Source: Ophelia neglecta (taxonomy: Eukaryota). From it: a DNA stretch of 64,000 nt. The first letter of the stretch is position 1; each line of letters begins with the position of its first letter. The position numbers and the translations under genes were made by a program. Below are positions 1-11,351 of the stretch, piece after piece. A model generated the notes under the pieces. That model saw nothing but the letters and a program-made list of their open reading frames with translations. It had not been told where the DNA came from and did no database searches. Where the stretch lies: NCBI GenBank assembly GCA_965285935.1, contig OZ260662.1:6076001-6140000 (forward strand). The letters are read 5' to 3'.

Positions 1-1332
1 ATATTGGACGGTATAGACACTTTTTACTTATTGAAAACCTTGGCAAAATATATACGGATGCCTGCTCGTGTGGCCAAACGAAACCCACGGAACTGGGAAC
101 GGGTAATGTATTTGTGCAAATGGTCCCGGGACTCGCGCTGAGGGCATTGGACTAAGGTAATCAGACAAAAGCGGCGGACGGGTCAAATGTATGATGATGT
201 TTTTGTCATTCACCAGTCGCGACCCATTTAAAAGGACATGAAAATCAGGTCCTGAATAACCCGCCGATGTATGCGGCACATGCCGTATGACCATACATTG
301 GAGAACGCCCCTCCCGCCCCCCCCCCTCCCACCCCCCAGAGGTTCAGGGCCTTATCAATGTAGCCAGACAGACGTGTTAGGAATCGAGCTGGGCTTAGTA
401 AGGTTAATTTTCCTTAGTTTTATAACATACTATGTATGTATAATTTAAATGTCTCAGGGGTTGTTTTAAAGAGAAAAACGACTGTATAAGATTGCGGACA
501 CTATATTTATTAGAAATGCATAAATTTTATCATATATACAGTCATATACGTGGTCTGTTCCTCTTACGGGGTAGATTCAGACATGATTTTACATACTTAG
601 CAAGGTACAAGACGAAGACACAACCGCCTCTAGGGTAAGGGTTGGTTATGGGGTAAATCAAATCAAGGGAAGTGTTTTTAACTCAAGTTTCACCACACAC
701 CCCCCCCCCCCCCACCCCTCACCTCCCAGCACCCGGATTCACCAATAGTCTTGTTTTACTGTTCAATGTTCACGCTTCTGACACAAATGACAGACACATA
801 CGTCTTCTTGTAGTGTCTCTATCTCCCGTGCCCTGTCTCTCAGCGGGTTGTCATGGTGACCGACCATACACAATATCAACCCTTATACAGGACATAATTA
901 GACCAGGACAAAATTACACCAGATTAATTGATATGAACTTCAAAATGGCCCATTAATCAGTTGAACGTGGCTCTGATCAGAGTCGAGCAGAAAACTGAGA
1001 TTCCTGGGAAGAGAAGAAGTGAGGTGAGATGATGTCATTATAGCCTGTTAAAGTGTCCAGGACAATGACAGATGATGTCAGTAAGGACAATTCATCTGAT
1101 TTATGTAGTAATGTACTGAGACTCGCATGATGGTTACTGCAGGTATGTCATTATATACTGACAAGACCCTTATTACAAGCTATGGGCGGTAACAGGGCGA
1201 CTGAAAGAGGCAGGGTCTAAGTGTGGAGTCGAGTTACATATGTGAATCTTGAAATGCATAGGGATGGCATTCAAATATAAAATACATAGACAGCTTCACC
1301 AGTCTACGGACTTCAAAAACTTCTAAACTACA

Positions 1333-1585
1333 CAGTGGTCCCTGCGATGTAGGGACACCTCTACATCCAAGCAAAAGTGTCCCTATATAGCAGGTGTCCC
1401 TTCATCAGAGGGACATTAACATAGGAAAGATAGGACATGAGCATTGAAAAATGTCCTGTGGTCGGAGGGAGTCCCTTCATCAGAGGGACAGTAACATAGG
1501 AAAGATAGGACATGGGTATTGAAAAATGTCCTGTGGTCGGAGGGAGTCCCTTCATCAGAGAGTCCCTTCATCACAGGGACCACTG
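1333..1585. mobile_element. Tc1/mariner-pogo-type MITE with an internal 75-bp tandem duplication
   Basis: TIRs CAGTGGTCCCTG(C/T)GATG, with TA on the right flank. Confidence 0.8.
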
Positions 1586-1858
1586 TACTCCTAAACACCA
1601 GATTGTCAATGCTCAAACATCGCCGCGTTCCACGGTGGGAGAGTGATACGAGTTACTGCACTACGTACACGGAGGGATGTTGTCCACCCGCAGTGAAGCC
1701 AAGATGATGTTCAAATCAGAATCAGAATGTTTTAAAAACACGGATGGCAATAAGTTTGTAATCTGACCACATACAAACACCAAAAAAGGGTCGGACCACC
1801 GTAACTGCTTCTGTTATCCATATCAATTTCTCTGCGTTTTGTTAGATAAATACAAATA

Positions 1859-2401
1859 CAGTGAAACCTGGTCTAAAGGGCACCTGGAAATTAGGGGCAC
1901 CTGATAATTAGGGACAGCTACATTAGGACCCAACATATCGTTTTCTATGTAAAATGACCTTGAAATTAGGGGCACCTTAAAAAACAGGGCACTTTAAGAC
2001 AGTCCCTTGCCTGTCCCTTATTTCCAGGTTCACTGTACACTGAAACCTGTCTAATCAGGTCAGTCAAAGGACGGAAAACAACTGACCCCAATATGTAGGT
2101 TACCTTAATAGGAAGGTCAGTTAACACAGGCATGATTGGGGATTATGCTATAATTTAGTGACCTTAGTGGGCAGTTGGCCTTAATACACAGGTGACCACA
2201 ATCACAGGTTTCATTGTAACCTACAGTGAAACCTGTAAATTAAGACCACCAAAGGGACTGGATAATACTGTCCTGATTATAGAGGTGGTCTGTTTAGACA
2301 GGTTATTTAACATTGAAAGTGTACACCACAATCCTCATATCGGTGGTCTGAATTAACAGGTGGTCTGGTTATAGAGGTGGTCTTTAAGACAGGTTTCCCT
2401 G
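1859..2401. mobile_element. Three adjacent CAGTGAAACCTG-type MITEs (1859-2035, 2038-2216, 2224-2401)
   Basis: TIRs CAGTGAAACCTG/CAGGTTTCACTG with TA flanks, ~178 bp each. Confidence 0.85.
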
Positions 2402-2780
2402 TATAACGGACTATCGGCCCCATGTATGGGTCAAATTCACCGGCCAGCCACCGAGTGGCCTCTGGTAAACATAACCTCCCTAACCGACACCACATCACTA
2501 GACCACCTCCCAGCGAGGACAAAGACGTCCTTACTGTCTTATGGTGTCAGTGCTAAGCCTGGGTTAACGGGGCTGAGCGGGTTCAGGGGTTAAGACCCCA
2601 CCCCAGGGTGAAATGGGCAGGCAGACACTTCCCGTCTCTAGATGTAGACGATTCAACCTTCCGCCAAATTTGAATTTGCCCCTGTAAAAGGTTGAGAGGG
2701 CGACCTTGTGTAGCAAAGGTAATATTCCCTACGTCCATGTACAAATAGAGCTTGTATTGGAGAGGGCTTATGCGACAGTC

Positions 2781-3348
2781 CTCCCCCCTACCCCTCCCCC
2801 CTCCCTCCAGCCCCCCTCCTCCTCCCCCTCCCTCCAGTCCCCCTCCTCCTCCACCTCCCTCCAGCCCCCCTCCTCCTCCCCCTCCCTTCAGTCCCCCTCC
2901 TCCTCCACCTCCCTCCAGGCCCCCTCCTTCTCCACCTCCCTCGAGGCCCCCTCCTCCTCCACCTCCCTCCAGGCCCCCTCCTCCTCCACCTCCCTCCAGG
3001 CCCCCTCCTCTTCCCCCTCCCTCCAGCTCCCTAAGCCCCCTCTCCCCCTCCCTCCAGCTCCCTAAGCCCCCTCCTCCCCCCTCCAGCCCCCTTCTACCAG
3101 CCCCCTAAGCCCCCCTCCCCCTAGCCCCCTAAGGCCCCCTCCCCCTCCCTCCAGCCCCCTAAGGCCCCCTCCCCCTCCCTCCAGCCCCCTAAGGCCCCCT
3201 CCCCCTCCCTCCAGCCCCCTAAGCCCCCTCCCCCTAGCCCCCTAAGCCTCCCCCCTCCCCCTCCCTCAAGCCCCCTAAGCCCCCCTCCCCCTCCCTCAAG
3301 CCCCCTAAGCCCCCCTCCCTCCAGCCCCCTAAGCCCCCCCCCCTCCCC
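2781..3348. repeat. C-rich minisatellite (27-bp then ~30-bp units)
   Basis: (CCCCCTCCTCCTCCACCTCCCTCCAGG)n followed by (AAGGCCCCCTCCCCCTCCCTCCAGCCCCCT)n. Confidence 0.9.
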
Positions 3349-3653
3349 AGAGGAAGGACAAACAGGACTTGTATTGTATTGGATGTGACCCTCTACCCCA
3401 CTCTTTCCCCCCGTTTAGCAATCTGTCCCAAATGGCATTCACCCCTCCCCTACCTCCCCTTTCAGCCTCATCCCGGCACCGTGCAACCCCCGCCCTGTCC
3501 CCCTCTCCCTTCAGTTCTCATTGAGACACCAACTCCACTTATTGCCCCTTCCTCTCTTCCCCTCTCTTTTCCCTCGCACCTCTGTTAATCCCCCCCCCCC
3601 CCCCCAGCTTCCCCCCATTCCCCTCTAGTACTGTCTCTCTGTATCATAATTTT

Positions 3654-3879
3654 GGCTATTGATTAAATGCGGACGTGCGGAAGCTATGCGGACGCGGAGA
3701 TCATGGGTATTTCAGAGAGACAGGAAGCAAAAAAGCGTCATCAAGGCTAGGGTTAGGGCTGAGGGTTAATTTTAGGGTTAGGAGAAGGGTTAGGGACAAG
3801 ATTAATAGGTCTAGTGCTCTGTTTTACTTTCGGGATTTACCTCCGCCAGGCTCCTCGCTTCCGCTTTTAATCAAAAGCC
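3654..3879. mobile_element. 226-bp MITE with GGCT termini, 8-bp TSD and internal TTAGGG-like repeats
   Basis: TIR GGCTATTGATTAAA/TTTAATCAAAAGCC, flanks ATAATTTT/ATAATTTG. A second copy lies at 30260. Confidence 0.85.
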
Positions 3880-5499
3880 ATAATTTGTCGTCTGCTCTCA
3901 ATGTGCAGAAGCGAACACCAAATAGCTTCCTTATCGTAAGTCGGTCCATTGTCGTCTGATGCCGCACCAAATTTAATTTTGGAGTTTTTCTAAGGCGGTT
4001 AACAGTGGATTACCCAGCATTTTCTGGTTAGTTGGTTTTCTGTATAGGCAGAGTCTATGAGCGTATCTCTGGTGACATAGCTCTCTGCTTACACGGGTCA
4101 AAACATACCCAGTACAAAGGTAGGTAAGTGGCCCATCGGGGTTTCATTATATACCTAATAATACGTACATTTTATTATTAACTGCACCTGTGTGGTCCAC
4201 CAGTTCATAGTTTTATTATTTGAAAAATAACCGGACGAAGTGCCCAATCCCTTTAGAATTACTGTTTGTATGAGTGCCAGGTGTCTTATTATGTGTATCA
4301 ACGGTAAGGGCCCCTTTCCAATCTGGTACTAACATCAAGTGAATATCAGGTGTCTGATGACCCAATCATTGCCATACCTGTGTAACCAGGGTGAAGCTAA
4401 TTATCTAACGAGCTAATCTCAGGTGTAATGTTACCTGACAATCTCTGTTCAGTGACAACCAGCCGGACAAGTCGGATTTTATCTAAGATATTTTCACAGT
4501 ATTTTCTTGACCAATATCTGGTAACAAAAGGTCAGTTCTTAGCCTGAACTCCTACAGTGACCTCATGTGTGCGTTGGAAAAACACGGCATCCAATCAGTT
4601 CTCGTCTTACTAAGGTTTTATAGTCTTCTTAGAGAGTTTCTCTCTCTTCAAATAAAGCCGGGTGTACGTGCACATTTAACACAGATAATTTTCTGCTGGT
4701 GGTTGATCATTTATAGTAAATGATAAGATCATCTGACCTCCCCTTCCGCCAACTCCCTTGACGGTTTTGTCTCCCCCCTACCGCCCTCCGTGGCGGGTTT
4801 TCGCCCCCCCCCCTCCCATAGTCAACCCCCCCCTCCCCTCCCCCCAACCGACCCCCTCCACATAACGTGTAGCCTCTCCAGCCTCTCTCTCCGTAAACAC
4901 AACACAAACCCACAAGCACCTAATAGTTCACTCCCCCACCCTCCCCACAAAACCCATCCAGGCAGTTGGAACTCTAATATTTGCTAGGTGGACCAGGTAC
5001 AGGGAACTCCGGTATGGTAACGCAGTGTCTTGTCAGCGGGCGAAAGGTAATTCGCTTTACAACCCGTAATTGCAGTCAAATAACGGTAGAGATCAGGGGA
5101 CTTCCAGAAAAAAATATATAATGTTCTAAAGAAGATGAGAGAGAAAGGTGTCTTATTAATATCCCATTGATGTGTGTCACAAACATTGCGAGAGACTTAT
5201 CAGCACTTCAGGTAAGAGGTGGTTACCTTGCAAACAGCCTCATCTTCTGACCCTCTTTGCACTGATGGTCCTTCAGACCATTTAACTGTTTTAAGTGTTC
5301 TCTTCGCACTGTAGGAACTTTGTACCTCATAGCTTTAATATAATATTCTACATTAATGATTTCAATAGTGGAATGCATTAGGGATACTTCTCCAAATCAT
5401 TATATGGATGGTAAGCTTAGTGGTTCTTCAAGAGCCATTAGTTGATGCACTTCTGCTTAATATGGCCTTTGATCAATAGACATGAACTCTCTCCTGTAG

Positions 5500-5680
5500 A
5501 AGGGACGGTACCTATAATCGCTGTTAACTGGGCTGGACGAATAGCTCTGCCACTCGGGGAAGGCGAGAGCGGACTTCAAGGCGGACCTTCTCCTTGTTAG
5601 ATGAACGCGGGCTGATGTCTACCGCCTAGTTCACCTTCCAGCATATACCAGGCGTACCTCATTCCACTTGGGTCAATTTC
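5500..5680 (-). mobile_element. SINE-like relic
   Basis: Reverse-strand ACCCAAGTGGAATGAGGTAC...TGCTGG resembles central domains of invertebrate tRNA-derived SINEs. No tRNA head is visible. Confidence 0.35.
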
Positions 5681-5803
5681 TGGACAGTTTTCTCGGTCCG
5701 TTCTCTGTAGTAGTCTTAACTCTTAGTCGGATTTAAATCAGGATTAATCAGGATTAAAGCGCTTGATCGGTGTTAACGTGCTAATCGGGGATTCTGGACA
5801 CTG

Positions 5804-6421
5804 GGCCCAGTCTCTAGAAGTGGTATTAACACTTATTTCGAATTAAAAACAGGATTAAAATGCTTAATCCGGCTTAACTTGCTAAGGCCAAAAAAAAATT
5901 ATGTTTCCTATTACATGGACAAAAAAAAATAGGGTAGGTAGAGAGGAAAAAGGTTTTTTTTTGGAATTTTTTTTTTGTAATGATCCTCGCGGTGTGGGTG
6001 TAATTTTTTCAGTATTTTATCATTAAATGTGGTTAACTTCACCAATTCTGAGAACTACAATGTTAAAACTACAATTGAACAGGTTTTATTTCTTAACTAC
6101 AACTGGAGTAAGTCGCGAGAATGAAATTTCTAGCGGACGGCGAGGGACGATGTTTCTTTGACTTTGGCGAGAATTGTTAATTTTTTTTAAGATGCTCATA
6201 AAAATTTTAGGACCGGGCACCTTTTGCTATATAGGGTTGGGCGACCGGAAACATAATTTTTTTTTTGGCCTAATCTGGGTTTCTGGGAGCTGGATTGGTT
6301 GTAAACTTAGCTATTATGGTCCTAAGCTGAACCCTGATCAATGGAAACACCGATTAACATGGCCTCAGCTAATCGGTAATAGGCAAATCTCACCCCAAAG
6401 ACCGCTACCAGAAACCAGGCC
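5804..6421. mobile_element. Harbinger-like MITE (host of the nested element)
   Basis: GGCCC...GGCC TIRs with CTG flanks. An uninterrupted copy lies at 9107-9343. Confidence 0.75.
5886..6270. mobile_element. PIF/Harbinger-type MITE nested in another MITE
   Basis: TIR GGCC(A)nTTATGTTTCC, 3-bp TSD TAA. Confidence 0.85.
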
Positions 6422-8878
6422 CTGGAGATAGCTTTATATTATTCTTGTGGAAATTCCACCCATTATAGTCATAGTAACGTCTATACAATGGTCACAATCG
6501 TGAAGTTTTTGTCACAATTCACTTTCAATTGTTTATATGATGCCTAAATAAATTACGCAACAAATATCAAGAGAAACAGCGCCCTTCAACGGTCATAGGA
6601 GCCATTACCGCCGCATTCAACAACTACTCACTTCTTTTATAACGAAAAACCCACTTAATCATGCACCAATGTTCTACCCAGTCCACTCTGCATCATTTAT
6701 CACCTCGCCGACCCCTATAAACCTTATTAAGTCGGTATAAAGTCACATATACACTCAATTAACGCCTTATAAAGCCACATTAGCCCCCTATAAACTAGAT
6801 TACCTATCCTGTTTACCACCTCACTCTTTTACAAAGTGTCATTGTGCGAATATTTGTAAATATCGCCCCAAATACCTACTTACGATATCAGATAAAGGTC
6901 TCTGAAATGATGCATTCATTGGGGGTCTTTTATTTGAAGATTTGTCGGACAAGGTGAGGGAGGGTGTAGATATCCAGCTTTCACTGGCAAATATATATAA
7001 GAAAGGAAAAGTGACGTTGCAGGATATTTGTTATGAGCATTTTATTGCGAAGAGAGTATTTACTAGCTCTGTCGATCATAAGAAGTCTCAATAAAATGTG
7101 TGATTACAGGTAAAAAGTGGGACAGGCCACCCGACATGCCATGTAAGTGATGTTCGATTATCTCTCGGGGCTATACATCATTTATGTATATATGTGGGCG
7201 AACGTTTTTATTTTAAACTGCAACATTCTGACACAATGTCTACTTCTCCAGAGGATAATTATACAATGGAAAACAATATATTTTTGTTCGGAAATAATAT
7301 TATTGAAGTATATACCCGCAGGAAATTTGGTAACCACTTGGTAGGACAAAGGGAAACATAAGTTTATTGACCTTACAAATTTCTATCAAATGGACAATGT
7401 GTTTTAGAACTGTTTCCTTAAGTTTGTATATTCAACATAATTATTCAAACTAGCAAACAATCAGTGTTAAGTGCATTATTTTACTTGCAAATTTGACTTG
7501 TATACACACTTAATGAAAGACTTATCCTGTCTCGGTGTGTGTTGATAGAGTTATGATGTGTTAGGCGGACATCTGATGTGCGAAATACAAATTTATAACC
7601 TCAAATCCGTGAATCAAGGAATAGAAAATATTCAGGTCCACAGCATGACAGTCTATTTATTCTAATTGCCAAGGAATTTGATATAGCCAGGCCGTAAAAT
7701 TTTATTCAAAAGATGTTACGGTACTTAAGATGGAACACGAGGAGTGACATAGAAATGGACAAGCGCTTTGCATGCATGTTAAAGCAGTTAGCTTCGTTTT
7801 TCTAAGGTTCTCCAGTCCTATAAGTACCAATAAAATAGTCCGTTGTCGTCGGTTTTTCATGATTTATTATAAACCCTAAAACAGATAACTTGATTATCAA
7901 AGTAGACGAATTTTGAATTTGAGACATTTCAACCTTGTCAGAAAAGAATCAAATCAATTTAATCAAATAGAAACTAGCTAACAGAATGTAGACTTTCAGC
8001 TGACATGTCCATGGCTCTTTAAAGACTGAAGACATTCAGACCATAAAACCGTTTTGAGCGCTGAAGACAATTGGTCAATAAACCCTACGGAGCATACAAT
8101 TGCTCAGAATGTGTCCCTCCGAGTTAAACTCCAACAGATCTCTATATAACAACCTCCTTTATTTCTGGTAATATGTAAATAACAGAGTTATAGAATTGTT
8201 AAACTGGATAGATTCACGGAATATGGCAATACGGAGATGGCAATGCAGCATGTTGTGGCAAATTAGGGCAGCAATTTTCTTTGTAGGCAGGGGTCCGCCA
8301 ATACTTTTGTTACCACATTTTAAAGTAATTAAAGAACAAGAGACATTGAACCAAAATAACGAGGGAGCGGGAAAACTTTGAACTGAAGTGGGCAGTAGAT
8401 AGGGAAAGGCACATGTTTTAAAGAATACACAAATAAATCGTTTCTTGCAGGTCGAGTGGAGCGTTTTAAATTGATTGTCCAGACATTGTGTGATCTCTAT
8501 GTGGCGGTATTCTGTGTTGTCGAGAGTCGTGTAGAGTTCCCATGGTCCGTATGTAGGTATCCTGGCCCGAAGTACCTCCCGGACAAATCAAATAGACCTC
8601 CCGGTAGGTCTCCGACAGCGTCAGGAATGATCAAAAACTGTTTGTCCCGTGTCAACAAATATCACAGATAGCTCCTGTCAACAATCGTCACTTGTCTGAC
8701 CGAGACAAGGCCGACTTCCTGTTTAAGACATGTTTCCTCCGACCCTCAATGCAGCCGACAGAATTCCTACAGTGGCCTGAAGGCTCACACTTTACAGGAT
8801 CTTGGTCAATATTGATGATATCGAACTTCAAATTCGAAATATATTTTCTGTGGAATGGTTGAAGTTCATACTTATCTA

Positions 8879-8975
8879 CAGTTGAATCTGTCATAAAGAC
8901 CACCTCTATAATCAGACCGCCTGTCAATTCAGACCACTAATATGAGGGCCATACTGTATACTCTCTATGTTAAAT
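8879..8975. mobile_element. Truncated CAGTGAAACC-family MITE
   Basis: Matches one half of 15292-15469 (AAAGACCACCTCTATAATCAGACC...). Confidence 0.7.
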
Positions 8976-9106
8976 ATGGCACAAAGTACAAAATGAAATA
9001 CGAATTACAGGGATAGGCATAAATAAGTTTAATTTTATCTACACGGTAATGACTTTAAGACTACATGTAGCTGCTGAACATTCAGTCACAGACAGCTTGT
9101 GCTCTG

Positions 9107-9343
9107 GGCCCGGTGTCTGGAAGCAGTCTTACCTCTTAACTAGGATTACAGTTCGGATTAAAATGCTTAATCGGTCTTAACTTGCTAGTTGTTGTATCTG
9201 GAAGCTGGATTCGGTGTGAGACCTAGCCATTTTGGTCTTTAACTAAATCTTGGTAAATGGAAACACCAATTAACACGGCCTCAGCTAATCGGTAATAGGC
9301 CAATCTTATCCCTGAACTTTAGACCGCTTCCAGAAACCGTGCC
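9107..9343. mobile_element. Harbinger-like MITE
   Basis: TIR GGCCCGGTGTCTGGAAGCAGTCT/AGACCGCTTCCAGAAACCGTGCC, CTG TSD. Confidence 0.8.
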
Positions 9344-9366
9344 CTGGCCTTATTCCCCCCATTACG

Positions 9367-9730
9367 TGTCGCCTATGGACACTTTTATACGACTGTTCCC
9401 GTCTATGCTGGCCTTCCTTTGTACTTAGCCTTTTCCTTATTATTACTTAACTTTTTTCTATCTATTTTAGGGCGTCCAATGTATACAGCCCTAACGGCGA
9501 TTATTGGCGTCCTGGTATCATCTCACTCGGTTCATTTTTCATTGACTATAATGTATTGTGTATATATAATACCAAATAAACGACCTACTACCTGTGATAT
9601 CCTATGTTTTATTGTTATTGTTATTATCATTATTCATCTTATTATTTATCTATTTAATAATTTATGTAGCGCCATACATCAATATTGTCGTTTGGCGCTG
9701 TACAGTGCACGATAAGATTTTAAAGATTCA
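9367..9730. mobile_element. Two tail-to-tail LINE 3'-end relics
   Basis: On +, a T-rich UTR ends in AATAAA plus short repeats (~9580). On -, an L2-like GCGC..GGCGCTACATAAAT end has an (AAT)n-like tail. Confidence 0.45.
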
Positions 9731-10868
9731 TACATACATAGACACAGTTAAGGTAAGTTATTGTAAGAGTATTAAGCCTTTTGGACAGAGGGCTATACGA
9801 AGCAATCAAGACCACACCTTCCTGTTGATGGTTTCACGTAGAGATTTGACTGTGAATAGCATATAGGAATGGGACGATTTCATATACGTTGTACGGTACA
9901 CAGCTGGGAGTATTCCTCCACCAACCGCAGCTCTGTACAATTCAAAGGGACACAAGACAACCCACAAGAGACCCTACCATAACATAACATGTACACGATA
10001 ACCAGTGGGAGTCTACCCAGGGCTGTTGTTCCTTTACAAGTCAAAGAAACAGATGTTCATTTAATAAGAATTGGCCGGACGACACAAGCCCACGGTTATC
10101 CCGAACACAAACCCTCGGTTACCCACGACACACATAGATTTGTTTCGACAAAAGCCTAATCACTGCTCTGGGCGAGGTTCTTCACTTCCTAATCACTTTT
10201 TATTTAATGAGAACAGGTTGTCTTATTCCCGAGCAGCAGGTCTAAGTATTGCTAATGATTCGGGAGGGCGGACACCTTGTATATACGGTTAATGACTTTA
10301 AAACTAATATTAGGACCCAATACCGCACTTAGAGAGGAATGGTGTTAATGTTTTTTGAGGTTTCAGCCCTCTGGCAAAGTAGAGATAGAACTCTCAACAT
10401 TCCTTTGAGACTGCATGGGCTGTTAATGATTCGCCACAGAACGAAAACATTGTTAAACCTTCCGACCACTGCCCGCGCAAACACAAGGTGTAAAGTCTTG
10501 TGATCTTTTTTGTCTTCATAATCTGAGACGAAAACCAACCTCGCCGCTAACAGGCCTGAAAGAGGCTTTGGTGTGTCCAAGGACTCCCAATAACGTTTAT
10601 CTTTGGGATATTGTCCGTTTTAAATGTTTACTTTTGGGATTTACAGCCTTTCTTGAATTGCCAATGCTTCCGAACTACTTTTTCTGAAGGTACATGATCC
10701 AGGTTTATTAGCCTCTAGCCGGCATTCGCATTCAAATCAAAGACAGACTGGATGTGTTTGTTTTGGAGATTCAGAAGGGGGCTATCAAGGGAAAGAGGCG
10801 AGTAACGAGGAAGCTTCTTCCCATCCCAACGACCGCATTCCCCATGTTTCTTTACCTGATCAATACTC

Positions 10869-11088
10869 GGCTTTGTGTTAACGGCGAAAGCGAAAGCTTC
10901 GATGAAAGCCGCATGGCCTCTTAAATTGAGCTAATGTGAACACAATAATAACCTTACCCTTTCCCATTTATATCAAAATCAAAATTGAGATGTCTGGGTT
11001 AAGGTTGGGTTAGAACTGATATTTTAGATTATTGTGACACCAATGCTGCTTTCGCAACAGCTTCCGCTTTCGCCGTTAACACAAAGCC
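10869..11088. mobile_element. 220-bp MITE with GGCT termini and 8-bp TSD
   Basis: Perfect 24-bp TIR GGCTTTGTGTTAACGGCGAAAGCG, TSD CAATACTC. Confidence 0.9.
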
Positions 11089-11308
11089 CAATACTCTTAA
11101 CAGTCAGTGTTATGATTTTAGTTGGCGGTTTGTTTCTCTGATCGCCTTCCGCGGGAGTCTTGAGAAACTGGCTTGAATCCTGAGTGTTTATTACCTCCGA
11201 TCACAGTCAATCTTGGTTGATTGCCGCCCATCTGTCGAGGTGTTAACAGCCGTGACATATCATTTCCCCTGAGACACCTATTCCGCCCTGCCTTATGTTA
11301 GGTAAATA

Positions 11309-11351
11309 GAGTGAAACCTGCCTTAAAGACCACCTCTATATTTAGACCACA
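11309..11351. mobile_element. Terminal fragment of a CAGTGAAACC-family MITE
   Basis: AGTGAAACCTGCCTTAAAGACCACCTCTATA matches the terminus of 15292-15469. Confidence 0.65.

Noticed and set aside
2405-2640. tRNA gene or tRNA-derived SINE head
   Set aside because: Only a weak A-box-like word, no convincing B-box or cloverleaf.
2706-3108. Pro/Ser-rich ORFs resembling extensins
   Set aside because: They are translations of a C-rich minisatellite, open in several frames, with no splice or domain support.
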